From Macrostomum lignano (lineage: Eukaryota), in assembly GCA_002269645.1 (NCBI GenBank), contig NIVC01001776.1:213990-277989 (forward strand): a stretch of DNA of 64,000 nt. The letters are read 5' to 3'. Shown in pieces: positions 1 to 29,664 of the stretch (position 1 is the first letter of the stretch; the number at the start of each line of letters is the position of its first letter). The notes beneath the pieces were generated by a model. It did no database searches. It had not been told where the DNA came from and was given only the letters and a program-made list of their open reading frames with translations. A program made the translations under genes and the position numbers.

Positions 1-3000
1 TACAACGCGTGTTGGCCGGCGCTCAGCTTCGCCTAGCAACTGAGGATGTTGATATTGTGCAACAGTTTGCTAATCCGGACAAACTGCTGCTTCAAGGCTA
101 CAAAGGAGATTATTTGACGCCAACTATACAAGCGCAGGGCGTTGCCAGACTGCAGGCTTTGCTGGCCGGCCGCAGGCGGGAGTTTGGAGAGGCCACTCTG
201 TCTAAGATGAGGCAGTACTGCTCGGGAACGGCTCCTTGGGATGATATTAGGGCTCAGGTGAGTGACAGCTTTTTATACGCTGTGTTAACTGGGCGTGGGA
301 TACTTTTATCCCATTTATTTGCCTTAGTCCCCCAGATTCTCAAACCCTTTTCTAATAAGCTCTGAATTCACCTTTTCTTGTATCTAAAATCTGCTTTTTA
401 ATCACCGATTATTTTGCTAGTGTGTGAAACCCTTCCATGGTCACTGAATTCCTCCCTAGTCACTTAATTCCCTCCCTAGTCACTTAATTCCCTCCCTAGT
501 CACTTAATTCCCTCCCTAGTCACTTAATTCCCCCCTAGTCCGTCATTAATTCCCTCCCTAGTCATTTAATTCACCTTTCTAGACACTGAATGCCTTCGAT
601 AGTCACTTAATTCCCCCTAGTCTCTGAGTTCCCTCCCTAGTCACTTAATTCCCTACTTCATCTCTGAATTCGCTCCCTAGTCACTCAATTCCCTACTTAG
701 TCTATGAATTTCTTCCCTAGTCAGTTAAATACCTACTTAATCTCTGAATTCCTCCCTATTTACTTTATTCCCTTTCTAGTCACTGAATTTCTCCTTAGTC
801 TCTGAGTTCCCTCCCTCTCTCTCTGAGTCACTTAATTCCCTACTTACGAGCTGAATTCCTTCCCAAGTCCATCTGCTCGTGTCGCAACGACCCAAATTAT
901 CCCCACCCGCACTTCCCCAGTGAACCAGCTGCGCAGCAACTTTCTGTCGGCCTACGATTTAGCGGTCACGGAAGCCGACGTGAATCGCAACGAAATGCAG
1001 CGCCGTGCGAATCTCACTGAGACTCTGTTCTACATAACGCTAGACGCTATTCTCACCTGCGAAGCTGATAAAGTGCCAGACGAAGATCAGCTTGGCGTTC
1101 GATTGTCGTCTCTATTGAGTAAGCCGGACTCTGCTAGCCTGCCTGTTCGCCGCCTGCTCCCAGGTGGTGCTGTACAGCTTCGGCTGCTCCACCTCGCTAA
1201 GCGTGGTGGCTTGGAGGCGTCTGGCACTCACGCGTTTCACCTGTTCAAGGTGGGTGCCTTGGCTAGTAGACTCGATTTTTATAGTGGAAGGGAGGTCATC
1301 TGACCCTTGGTGCTGGCGCCCTTCTGGTGCTGGCGCCCTTCTGGTGCTGGCGCCTCTGGTGCTGGCGCCTCTGGTGCTGGCGCCTCTGGTGCTGGCGCCT
1401 CTGGTGCTGGCGCCTTCTGGTGCTGGCGCCTCTGGTGCTGGCGCCTCTGGTGCTGGCGCCTCTGGTGCTGGCGCCTCTGGTGCTGGCGCCTCTGGTGCTG
1501 GCGCCTCTGGTGCTGGCGCCTCTGGTGCTGGCGCCTCTGGTGCTGGCGCCTCTGGTGCTGGCGCCTCTGGTGCTGGCGCCTCTGGTGGCTGGCGCCTCTG
1601 GTGCTGGCGCCTCTGGTGCTGGCGCCTCTGGTGCTGGCGCCTCTGGTGCTGGCGCCTCTGGTGCTGGCGCCTCTGGTGCTGGCGCCTCTGGTGCTGGCGC
1701 CTCTGGTGCTGGCGCCTCTGGTGCTGGCGCCTCTGGTGCTGGCGCCTCTGGTGCTGGCGCCTCTGGTGCTGGCGCCTCTGGTGCTGGCGCCTCTGGTGCT
1801 GGCGCCTCTGGTGCTGGCGCCTCTGGTGCTGGCGCCTCTGGTGCTGGCGCCTCTGGTGCTGGCGCCTCTGGTGCTGGCGCCTCTGGTGCTGGTGTACATC
1901 GGCCCTTGACTGTCCCATTGCCAGAGACTAGTACTAAATTCGACCTTAAATTCAAAAGTCTTGGCACGCACTATCAATTAGCTCTAAGAAACGCAAAGCG
2001 TACCAGCGCCCTTCATTTTGTCTCGATCATACCACCCTACAGATCGTAGAGAGCCTCATTGAAGCGGTGGACTTTCCTCGCGACATTGTTCGACACCTCC
2101 GTCTGTGCGTTGATCGCGTTGTGGACTCTCTAGCCTGGACTGCCGGCAGTCCGCTCTGGAAGCTAGTGCAGCAGAATCGCGGCCGCGGCTACTCAGCCGT
2201 TGAATGCCAGCGTCCTCTGGTGGCTTCCACAGCCACTTCGCCTAAGATGAGCAAAGGATTGTCCGCACTGCAGGTGTGTCTTGCTTGATCTAAATTATTG
2301 GGGCACTTTTTAGATGACTTAGTTTAGTTACTCCTCTGTTTACCCAATTCTTAGACTGTCATTTAAATAGCTCAAATGAAGCTATGAGTTTTGGTAGGGT
2401 CAAGAAAGTGACTCCACAGTCTTTTAATTCCCTTTCTAATCACTGAATTCCTTTACCCTAGTTACTTAATTCCTTCCCTATTTTACTGAATCCCCCCTAG
2501 TTACTAAATTCCCTCCCTAGTTACTGAAAACCCTCCCTAGTTACTGAATCCCGCCCCCTAGTTACTGAATCCGCCCCTAGTTACTGAATCCCGCCCCCTA
2601 GTTACTGAATCCCGCCCCCTAGTTACTGAATTCCCTCCCTAGTTAATGAATTCCCTCCCTAGTTACTGAATTCTCTCCCTAGTTACTGAATTCCCTCCCT
2701 AGTTACTGAATTCCCTCCCTAGTTACTGAATTCCCACCCTAGTTACTGAATTCCCTCCCTAGCTACTGAATTCCCTCCCTAGTTACTGAATTCCCTCCCT
2801 AGTTACTGAATTCCCTCCCTAGTTACTGAATTCTCTCCCTAGTTACTGAATTCCCTCCCTAGCTACTGAATTCCCTCCCTAGCTACTGAATTCCCTCCCT
2901 AGTTACTGAATTCCCTCCCTAGTTACTGAATTCCCCCCCCTAGTTACTGAATTCCCTCCCTAGTTAAGACTTACGTAGAATAAGTCAAACCATACAATTT

Positions 3001-4428
3001 TTGATAGCTTGCCTTCAAAAAGTTTCTAAGAAACTATTCTATTCAATTTCACTATTAAAATCCCCGTTTAATCCCTCCTGTCAGGCTTTCTACCGTCACC
3101 TGCACCGCCTGTGCGACACCCGTCTTGCCCAGCTGTCCTCCGAGTTGCACCTGTTGAACCCCGTCTCTAAGCAACGAGCCGCTGTCATCATTAATCGGGT
3201 GCTGCGCGACAATCCCGGCCTATTGCGCAATCGCCACCTGGATCACGTGATCGCCTGCGGCCTATTCGCCGCGGCTAGGGCGGCTCAACCGTCGCCCCCC
3301 TGTCCAATCAGATTCGCGCACATCCTGGCCGCTCATCGCCGGGTAGCCAATCTGACTGGCAGCTCGTCCACCGTGGCTGCCGGAGGTCAGGCCACCGACA
3401 CTCTGTTTCGAACTGTGCCGCTAGATAATCGAGGCAATGCTGGCGATATTATCCAGTTTTACAATGCCGTGTTCACCACCGAGGAGGGCGATCATATCAG
3501 ACAGGTGCGCTTGTGGCTGCTTTTGTGGGTGGACGGGGTAATTGTGTCTCTATTGTGTGGGTCTCATAGGCTCTGTTATGAGGTGTCAGAGGCTCTGTTA
3601 TGAGGTGTCAGAGGCTCTGTTATGAGGTGTCAGAGGCTCTGTTATGAGGTGTCAGAGGCTCTGTTATGGGGTGTCAGAGGCTCTGTTATGAGGTGTCAGA
3701 GGCTCTGTTATGAGGTGTCAGAGGCTCTGTTATGGGGTGTCAGAGGCTCTGTTATGGGGTGTCAGAGGCTCTGTTATGAGGTGTCAGAGGCTCTGTTTTG
3801 GGGTGTCAGAGGCTCTGTTATGGGGTGTCAGAGGCTCTGTTATGGGGTGTCAGAGGCTCTGTTGTGGGGTGTCAGAGGCTCTCTGTGATGTGATTTTGGA
3901 GTAGGGTATGGTGGGTTGTGATATTGGGGGTGTCAGAATGAGGCCATATTGTTGTCAGAACGGGCTATATTGGTGTCAGAATAAGGCCATATTGTTGTGT
4001 CAGAATGAGGCCATATTGTTGTCGGAATGAGGCCATAGTGGGGTGTCAGAATGAGGTCGTATTGGATGTCAGAACAGCCACAAGCGACCTAACAGTCCCA
4101 ACAGAACATCCTTATTAACACTTATTAACCTCAGGTGCTGGCCTGTCGACTACTCACTGACGAGGAAGCTGAGGCGCACCTCATCATTCGATCGGGCACG
4201 TCTAGCACACTGCTGTTGACCTCCGGCATACCGTCTTCTAAACGGATCGGTTACAATTTTCTCACCTCGTCTGACAAGGACGTTCAAGCGATCAATGCCG
4301 CCATACTGCAGCACGCCACCAAACTGCTGGGCAAACGGCAGGCCACTTCGCATCACATTGGCATGGAATTGTCGCCTAATGCTGCTAAGAAGCTCAACTT
4401 GTTGAGTACGTCTACCACTGCTCGTTGA
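1..4428 (+). CDS. Rb: Retinoblastoma-family pocket protein (Rb/p107/p130-like), 5' part outside window. Exons ~1-257, ~920-1249, 2043-2273, 3085-3504, 4135-4428 (stop)
   Basis: Pocket A start LTPTIQAQGVARLQALLAG resembles p107 TPVASATQSVSRLQSIVAG. IVRHLRLCVDRVVDSLAWTAGSPLW resembles MVKHLNSIEEQILESLAW. Pocket B: AFYRHLHRL, RNRHLDHVIAC (Rb RDRHLDQIMMC), DIIQFYNAVF. C-terminal VQAINAAI and KKLNLL. GT..AG sites at 258, 1250/2042, 2274/3084, 3505/4134. Exon 2 needs 1-bp indel corrections. Confidence 0.93.
440..860. repeat. Minisatellite, ~19-20 bp unit (ccctagtcacttaattccct), first visible Rb intron
   Basis: Tandem copies visible, degenerating 3'. Confidence 0.9.
1303..1893. repeat. 15-bp minisatellite (ctggtgctggcgcct), ~39 copies, Rb intron
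   Basis: Near-perfect tandem array; source of six spurious ORFs. Confidence 0.97.
2425..2965. repeat. 20-bp minisatellite (ccctagttactgaattccct), Rb intron
   Basis: Tandem array; same motif family as 440-860. Confidence 0.95.
3565..4070. repeat. 22-bp minisatellite (tgaggtgtcagaggctctgtta) with degenerate tail, Rb intron
   Basis: Tandem array. Confidence 0.93.
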
Positions 4429-4529
4429 GCTTGATTAACTATCTGGGGACTTTGACATTCTTAATGCTCATGCCGAATTTTTTAATCATTAGTCCTTAAT
4501 CTGTCGCTTGGTATTCATCCTGAAGGGGT

Positions 4530-4870
4530 TCTTAGAATCGATCTGAATGTGTCCTTAGAATCGCCCCCAATGTTTTCTTAAAATTGCCCTCAATGTGTCC
4601 TTAAAATTGCCCTAAATATGTCCTTAGAATCGCCCAAAATGTGTCCTTAGAATCGCCCTGAATGTGTCCTTAGAATCGCCCTGAATGTGTCCTTAGAATC
4701 GCCCTGAATGTGTCCTTAGAATCGCCCAAAATGTGCCCTTTAAGTCTCCTTAAATGTGTCCTTAGAATCGCCCTAAATGTGTCCTTAGAATCGCCCTAAA
4801 TGTGTCCTTAGAATCGCCCTAAATGTGTCCTTAGAATCGCCCTAAATGTGTCCTTAGAATCGCCCTTGAT
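4530..4870. repeat. 23-bp minisatellite (tgtgtccttagaatcgccctaaa) downstream of Rb stop
   Basis: Tandem array. Confidence 0.92.
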
Positions 4871-5514
4871 GTCCTAAATCCGGAATTGAAGCTAATATTT
4901 GTAAAGCACTAAATAAGTGGAAATCACTTCATCTGCTCTGTACATGTTCACCGATTCTGTAATCATGTGCAGTGTATACTATCCTGACATTATAATACTT
5001 ATGGCTAAGTTAAAGTTTTGTTAACCGGCTTCTTAAACAATTATTATGTCGCTATTTGCACTTCAGTCTGAAGTTTGTACTTAATAAATATTTTTTGTAC
5101 AAAAAATCTAAAAATGACCTTTTTTGTTCCGTCATCGTTTTCAACCTGTACCGTCTGATCTAATTTCTTTTTTGTTGCGCTTTAAATTATAATCCTATCT
5201 ACGTTATTGACGCTCTTACCTGCTAGTTAATAAGTAGTCTTGCTATATCTATATCAGTAGTATACGAAGTGCATTGTTTAATTAATGTTTTTGGCAGCTC
5301 TGTTTTCTCTTATGTGTGTAGTAATTAGTGTTCTCTCCGTAATATCTCTGCTCTATGCTCTTCTTTTTGTGCTTCAATTTTTATCCATTTAACATTATTA
5401 TTGCTACTTAATCTCTGCTCTTGCTTAATAATAACTTGCGTATTCATAATAATTATCAAAATGGTCGGGTTCAGCTGAACTAACAAATTTTAAGGAATTA
5501 TTTGTTTCATTTCT

Positions 5515-6110
5515 TTTGGCCTTTCTCCTTCCTCCCCTCTTCCCCCTCCTTCCTCCCCTCTCCCCCCTCCTTCCTCCCTCTTCCCCCTCCTTCCTCCCCT
5601 CTTCCCCTCCTTCCTCCCTCTTCCCCTCCTTCCTCCCCTCTTCCCCCTCCTTCCTCCCTTCTTCCCCCTCCTTCCTACCCTCTTCCCCCTCCTTCCTCCC
5701 CTCTTCCCCCTTCTTCCTCCCCTCTTCCCCCTCCTTCCTCCCCTCTTCCCCCTCTTTCCTCCCCTCTTCCCCCTTCTTCCTACCGTCTTCACCCCTTCTT
5801 CCTACCCTCTTCCCTCCTTCTTCCTACCCTCTTCCCTCCTTCTTCCTACCGTCTTCACCCCTCCTTCCTCCCCTCTTCCCCCTCTTTCCTCCCCTCTTCC
5901 CCCCTTCTTCCTCCCCTCTTCCCCCCTTCTTCCTCCCCTCTTCCCCCCTTCTTCCTACAGTCTTCACCCCTCCTTCCTCCCCTCTTCCCCCTCTTTCCTC
6001 CCCTCTTCCCCCCTTCTTCCTACAGTCTTCACCCCTCCTTCCTCCCCTCTCCCCTTCTTCCTGTCTCCCCTTCTTCCCCTCTCCCCTTTTCCTCTCTGTT
6101 CCTCCCTTCC
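5515..6110. repeat. C/T-only low-complexity polypyrimidine array
   Basis: ccttcctcccctcttcc-type repeats. Confidence 0.93.
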
Positions 6111-6771
6111 TTACGCAAACGTTCACGTCTAAAAATGTAATACCTTCGAATCTGCCCCTATAACATCATACACCTGTGCCTAGGCTATAGGGTGACATTT
6201 ATTAGTCAGCTGTCATTCTGCCTGTAATCGTATTACGCATCATGCGTACAGCGCATGCGGGCACTGTGCACTCGCTACTCGTTGCTACTGTACATTGTTA
6301 TGCTCGTTTGTCCAATTAAACAAGCCAAGCCAGGTAAATGAAAATGGAGAAGGCATCTAGGCATTGTCATTGTGCTCATTGAATGTTGGCAGTAATGCCA
6401 CCCCACTCTGACCCCTGTGTGCCTGTGCCCAGCACTCTGCTATTATATTGTACTGTTATATGCTGGCCTCAACCAGCTTACAAGCTTGAAGCCAAACTCA
6501 GGCCTTTCTCTTTACAATTTTATCGCTCTTTGGATTTTTTAAACGCAAATATAAATGGTTTGCTTCTCATCTGTTGAGGCCAGTGACTTTCTTCTAGTAT
6601 ATCATCGAGTGCTAACAATTAAACAGTAAACAGGACTGCTTTAGCTGTCCGGGCAAGCAAGTTTAACAGGTAAGAAACTTGAATTCTATTTTACTGAATT
6701 TACATTCATTGTTAATAATGATATTCTTTATTAATTCACCGCAGAGTGGATTGGGTTGAAAAATTTTTGGG

Positions 6772-6940
6772 GATATGCAGGATAAGCATGTGGGGGGGGA
6801 GATGCAGGATAATCATGTGGGGGGAGATGCAGGATAAGCATGTGGGGGGAGATGCAGGATAAGCATGTGGGGGGGGGGAGATGCAGGATAATCATGTGGG
6901 GGAGATGCAGGATAATCATGTGGGAAGCTAAGATAATCAT
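6772..6940. repeat. ~28-bp minisatellite (ggggagatgcaggataagcatgt) in putative 5'UTR intron 6670-6948
   Basis: Tandem copies between donor cag|gtaaga (6670) and acceptor tctttcag (6948). Confidence 0.85.
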
Positions 6941-7003
6941 GTCTTTCAGATCGTTAGCAAATCCCAGAAATAATTCTTCAGACTGCAACCGAGCGGAGGA
7001 ACA

Positions 7004-10000
7004 ATGCAAGCAGCTGCAGATGAGGATAAAACCGATTCAGAGACAGTGGAGCTGCTTGAAAAGCGGCAACATGATGAAGAGCAGACGCTGGTACCATCTC
7101 CGTCAGCTTACTCAGCAACCGGCTTGCTGCCAGTCATCAAAGTCAACGAAGATCGGAGCAGAGTGACCCGGTTCAACTTGGACAGGGAGGAGCCCGCCAT
7201 TTTTTCTGTACCCGATTCCGATTGTAACGACGGCTCCGCAATTGATAATAATATTAATAATAAAAGTACAAATACTGCCGGTTTTGGGATGAGGCGACCG
7301 CCAAATCACTGGTCTGACAGCCAGCTGCACTTGATGCGGCGGCAGAATTTACAAGTGCCTCATCGTTTGCAACTGGAGTCACCAGCTTTGAGGTGAGTAA
7401 AAGAGATTTTGTTTAAGGGCTAGGATTAGTGCTCTAAGGTGTCTAAGTGTTGAGTACGAAAGCAATCCTGTCAATGTAATCGGTCCAAAACTACACGTGG
7501 TAGTAATCTTCCATGAACTAACCTTAGTAATCTTCCCTGATCTACCCTTAGTAATCTTCCCTGAACTACCCTTAGTAATCTTCCCTGAACTACCCTTAGT
7601 AATCTTCCATGAACTAACCTTAGTAATCTTCCCTGATCTACCCTTAGTAATCTTCCCTGAACTACCCTTAGTAATCTTCCCTGAACTACCCTTAGTAATC
7701 TTCCCTGAACTACCCTTAGTAATCTTCCCTGAACTACCCTTAGTAATCTTCCCTGAACTACCCTTAGTAATCTTCCCTGAACTACCCTTAGTAATCTTCC
7801 CTGAACTACCCTTAGTAATCTTCCCTGAACTACCCTTAGTAATCTTCCCTGATCTACCCTTAGTAATCTTCCCTGAACTACCCTTAGTAATCTGCCCTGA
7901 ACTACCCTTGGTATTCTTCCCTGATCTACCCTTAGTAATCTTCCCTGAACTACCCTTAGTAATCTTCCCTGAACTACCCTTAGTAATCTTCCCTGAACTA
8001 CCCTTAGTAATCTTCCCTGATCTACCCTTAGTAATCTTCCCTGAACTACCCTTAGTAATCTGCCCTGAACTACCCTTGGTATTCTTCCCTGATCTACCCT
8101 TAGTAATCTTCCCTGATCTACCCTTAGTAATCTTCCCTGATCTACCCTTAGTATTCTTCCCTGAACTACCCTTGATATTCTTCCCTGAACTACCCTTAGT
8201 ATTCTTCCCTGAACTACCCTTAGTATTCTTCCCTGAACTACCCTTAGTATTCTTCCCTGAACTACCCTTAGTATTCTTCCCTGAACTACCCTTAGTAATC
8301 TTCCCTGAACTACCCTTAGTATTCTTCCCTGAACTACCCTTAGTATTCTTCCCTGAACTACCCTTAGTATTCTTCCCTGAACTACCCTTAGTATTCTTCC
8401 CTGAACTACCCTTAGTATTCTTCCCTGAACTACCCTTAGTAATCTTCCCTGAACTACCCTTGGTATTCTTCCCTGAACTACCCTTAGTAATCTTCCCTGA
8501 ACTACCCTTAGTAATCTTCCCTGAACTACCCTTAGTAATCTTCCCTGAACTACCCTTAGTAATCTTCCCTGAACTACCCTTAGTAATCTTCCCTGAACTA
8601 CCCTTAGTAATCTTCCCTGATCTACCCTTAGTAATCTTCCCTGAACTACCCTTAGTAATCTGCCCTGAACTACCCTTGGTATTCTTCCCTGATCTACCCT
8701 TAGTAATCTTCCCTGATCTACCCTTAGTAATCTTCCCTGATCTACCCTTAGTATTCTTCCCTGAACTACCCTTGATATTCTTCCCTGAACTACCCTTAGT
8801 ATTCTTCCCTGAACTACCCTTAGTATTCTTCCCTGAACTTCCCTTAGTATTCTTCCCTGAACTACCCTTAGTATTCTTCCCTGAACTACCCTTAGTAATC
8901 TTCCCTGAACTACCCTTAGTATTCTTCCCTGAACTACCCTTAGTATTCTTCCCTGAACTACCCTTAGTATTCTTCCCTGAACTACCCTTAGTATTCTTCC
9001 CTGAACTACCCTTAGTATTCTTCCCTGAACTACCCTTAGTATTCTTCCCTGAACTACCCTTGGTATTCTTCTCTGAACTACCCTTAGTATTCTTCCCTGA
9101 ACTACCCTTGGCCTTAGTATTCTTCCCTGAACTACCCTTGGCCTTAGTATTCTTCCCTGAACTACCCTTGGTAATCTTCCCTGATCTACCCTTAGTATTC
9201 TTCCCTGATCTACCCTTAGTATTCTTCCCTGAACTACCCTTGGCCTTAGTATTCTTCCCTGAACTACCCTTGGCCTTAGTATTCTTCCCTGAACTACCCT
9301 TGGCCTTAGTATTCTTCCCTGAACTACCCTTGGCCTTAGTATTCTTCCCTGATCTACCCTTGGCCTTAGTATTCTTCCCTGAACTACCCTTGGCCTTAGT
9401 ATTCTTCCCTGAACTACCCTTACTAATCTTCCCTAATCTACCCTCCCTAAACTAAACCTATAATCAGTAGGCCTCTCTAAACTACAACCGCTTCTGCAGC
9501 AGCAGCGGTGGCGGCAGCTATCAAAGCAGAGCCAGTCAGCAGTCGATCTGGCGCGACGACATCAATTGCCAGCTGTGCCCCCACCGACATCAGCAGCAGC
9601 AGCAGCCGGAGGAGCAGCAGCAGTTGCAGCTGATGCTGGACGAGACGCCGCCGCCCACGAAACGCCTGCCCTGCTCGTGCGAGGATCGCCGGCTTCACTT
9701 GGCCTGCCTGGAGGCGAAGTTTCTCGACGACGCCGTCTACGCCGGCTGCGCCTACGGCTACGGCAACGCCAGGAGCGGCGGCGGCGGTCGCCAGCTGAGC
9801 CTGCGCTGCAGCGTCTGCGGCGACGCTTTCGTTGTAACACGTCGGCGCGGTCGTCGAGCCTGCGACAGTTCGGCACGGCTGTCGTTCGCCAGGCACCTGT
9901 CGGCGGCGCTGGTTCTGTCCGGCCTGCTGATTGGCTTCGGCTTGTGGTCGATGCTGCACCCAGCCGGCGGTCGGATCAACATTGTCAACGCCATACTGCT

Positions 10001-10223
10001 GGGCTCGGGCACTCTGCTGGCTGTCGTGTTTGTCCTGTACGAGCTGTGGCTGCTGCATCGGCGCTACGATTTTGTGTTCACTCGAATGCGACCGCCGGCC
10101 TCGGTGACGCTTCGACTGCGCTGGTCTGAACGGCACAAGCGTCGCTCATGCGGCAACTTCTGCTGGAGAGCTGCATGCCAGAGACGCGCCGCGAAACGTC
10201 CGACAATACCGCAGACGGTTTGA
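7004..10223 (+). CDS. RING-CH (MARCH-type) two-TM E3 ubiquitin ligase-like protein, ~370 aa. Exons 7004-7392 and 9500-10223
   Basis: Donor ag|gtgagt (7393) and acceptor cttctgcag| (9499) are phase-compatible (389+724=1113 nt). Spliced product has C4HC3 order CQLC..CSC..HLAC..CSVC followed by two hydrophobic helices (LSAALVLSGLLIGFGLWSML; IVNAILLGSGTLLAVVFVLYELWLL). Confidence 0.8.
7498..9440. repeat. 24-bp minisatellite (cccttagtaatcttccctgaacta), ~80 copies, fills the MARCH-like intron
   Basis: Tandem array; produces the spurious 652-aa ORF. Confidence 0.98.
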
Positions 10224-11787
10224 AGATAGGATTATAGTTACATGATTGCAATGTTAATGTATGCTTAAGTCAACTTCTGATACTATTATGCATGGCGTAC
10301 ATGTACAATGTATCTGTACTGACTGGAGGTCAATTATAAATCGTGTCTTACGGTTATGAATGTAAGCAATTTGGACACATTGTTTTGATGCCTAAGCCAA
10401 ATCAGGGGCAGCGAAATCATTATTAATTACTTGCCTGTCTGAAAAAGCTCGGTTTATGATCGATTGTTATTTAATTTAACTGAGCTTCGGGTGCAATTTC
10501 ATGCATGTATAAGTACTTTTCCTACTATATACTCGTAGTTTCATATGCACTATTTTTGTCAGGGTATACCGAAAGGCATGCAGTTCTACATGTAAGTCCT
10601 GGCTGAAGCCTCATGATCAGTGATGGTTAAGATCGTACTGCCCTTTACTGACACTTATTTAGTATTGATTATGCTGACCTTTCTCAAACCGCTTGTTGGA
10701 CCTAATAAGTTAGACACTACATGTACCATGTAGACTCTGTACTAGACTTGAAACTTGGTAGCAACCCGTCCGGTCTGCACTATACATGTAGTATACAGCG
10801 TACTATATATGATGCTTGTACTGCTGGAAGTAATCCAGTGTACCTACACTGCTGTATATGCGCATGTATAGTAGGATATATATGTATAGTAGAGACCGTT
10901 TTGTTTTAGACCAAAATTGCTACCAAATGATGCACAACTCGTATATGATATAGCCTTTTGCAGTCAGTTTGAGTTTAGGAGTAGTTAACTTATCCAGAGT
11001 GGCAGAGCGCTTACATGTACACGTATACATATGCAGTACTCAAGACCTGCAACTATAACCAGGATAGCTGCTTTGCCCCTGCATGGCTATGGTCCAAAAG
11101 TGTGACTAAAGAGCAAAGACTGCTGAATCTTTGGAACATTTAAGTAAGTCCATTTCCTCCTTTTCTTGATTCTTGATTTAATTGTTATTAATCGTAAATC
11201 AATACAGTGAAACTACATGTAATACTGCAAACTACACGAGTTCTGTAATACGATGGAACATAGAGGAAAGGAACAAATAATTTGAATTCTTTGTTCACCA
11301 GTCAGATTAAGGGGGCAAAATTTGTCTTGTGTGTAGTGATGTGGCACTCTGAATTATGTTAACTGCTTTAAACTGACTGCAAAAAAGATGGGATTGTGGT
11401 ATATCTTGAAGAAGCTTAGTCGTGTTTACATATTTAAACAAAATACAAAATTTGAACGCAAAGCAGTTGATATTCAGATAATATTAATCAACTGCGACTT
11501 TTTTTCTTAGTTTTTATTCCCGAATTTGTAATTAAAAAACATTTATTAGTGCCTACTTACAAATATTTCACGAAATTAAAAACTTTATAAATATCCGAGT
11601 CAGTTATTGCAGCTTTTTAAATATTTCATATACTATACACTACACATAAAATCTACTCCTCCCTCAAGACCTACATCAACGTTCTTTACCTCGGCTATCT
11701 GTAGATTACCTTACCTTTTAAAGCACCAGGTTCCTATATTTCAGCGTCTCTAATTCACTAACTAAACCTACAAAGGCTACATTCAAA

Positions 11788-28529
<16,742 letters not shown>

Positions 28530-29664
28530 GAAGTTTGGATCTGTCGAGCTGAAACAAATCGGGCAAAGCCAAGACTTATAAAATTGTTTATTATTAACAA
28601 TAATATTGGACTCTATTGTTGGACTTTAATTAAAAGAGATTTTGTGTCTTTGTCGCAAAATATACTTCTGTCGCTGTGTCCCCGTACAAAGACTTTACTA
28701 CAATATTTAATAAATATGGTTACTATTAATATTGTCAACTTAAATCTTACAATTTTCCTCTCTGCAGTCATATTTTTAAATTGCAACAACTACTACTAGT
28801 GTAGTATTCAAGTCAGTAGCGACATTGGCGTATCTATTCTAGAAAATTTGGGTGCAATAAGTTTTTATTTTTTAATTTTTCTATTTACTACTTGGGTTCC
28901 TTTGCATTGTTAGCGTTTTGCTTTACTAATTTTGCGTAGCTTAAATACTTAATTATTTCTATTCAATTTTATAATTGGTCGCATTCCTCGCAGTTTTTGT
29001 TATACGCAACTATATTAATTTATAAATAGATAAACCGTATAGTAACAGCAGTGTCTGTTGTTTTACTAGTTTAATTTAATAATAATTAATTAATTAATAC
29101 TTAATAGTTGTTTATTATAGGTGTATCAGACATGGTATTCTGTGTGTCCGCAAAGTATTGTCTGTTTTCTTCAAATTGGCGAATTTCCTTCTTTCGCTTA
29201 AATCATATTTATTTACTTTACTTAATAAAGTTATCAATTTTTGCGATTAATTCTTTGCTTTTTTCTTACTGCACTCTATCTATACTACTACTGCTAGCTA
29301 TATAAGTACTATCCTACTGTTCGTGCAATACTTGTTTTCAATAATAATATTTGAACGCAGAAGATTTACTGAGCCCTGGTTTTTTTGAGCTAAAACTGAT
29401 GCCTCCGACATCCAGTCTGGCATCTGTCCAGCACTCTGGAGTAAGTACACACACAAGCGTTTTATTTGATAAATTTGCAATGGAAAGTGCAATATAATAT
29501 TTTAATTTAATTTAATCTATATACAATTCTACTGAGGCTAATAAATTAATAAATCACCCCTTCTGGCACGCTTTTAATTGTCTAAATAAAAATGTTTGTT
29601 TGTGTTTCTGTATTCTGTTATTTAGGAACGTTTATGACGTTGTTTTGTCGACATTGGGCGACGA

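Noticed and set aside
1303-1893. TGGCGCC array in Rb intron as autoregulatory E2F sites
   Set aside because: Lacks the T-tract of the TTTSSCGC consensus.
1112-2049. Six long ORFs (GASGA, APEAP, WCWRL, HQRRQ repeats)
   Set aside because: All are readings of one 15-bp stop-free minisatellite inside an Rb intron.
7497-9455. 652-aa (ELPLVIFP)n ORF
   Set aside because: Translation of a 24-bp array lying between phase-compatible splice sites.
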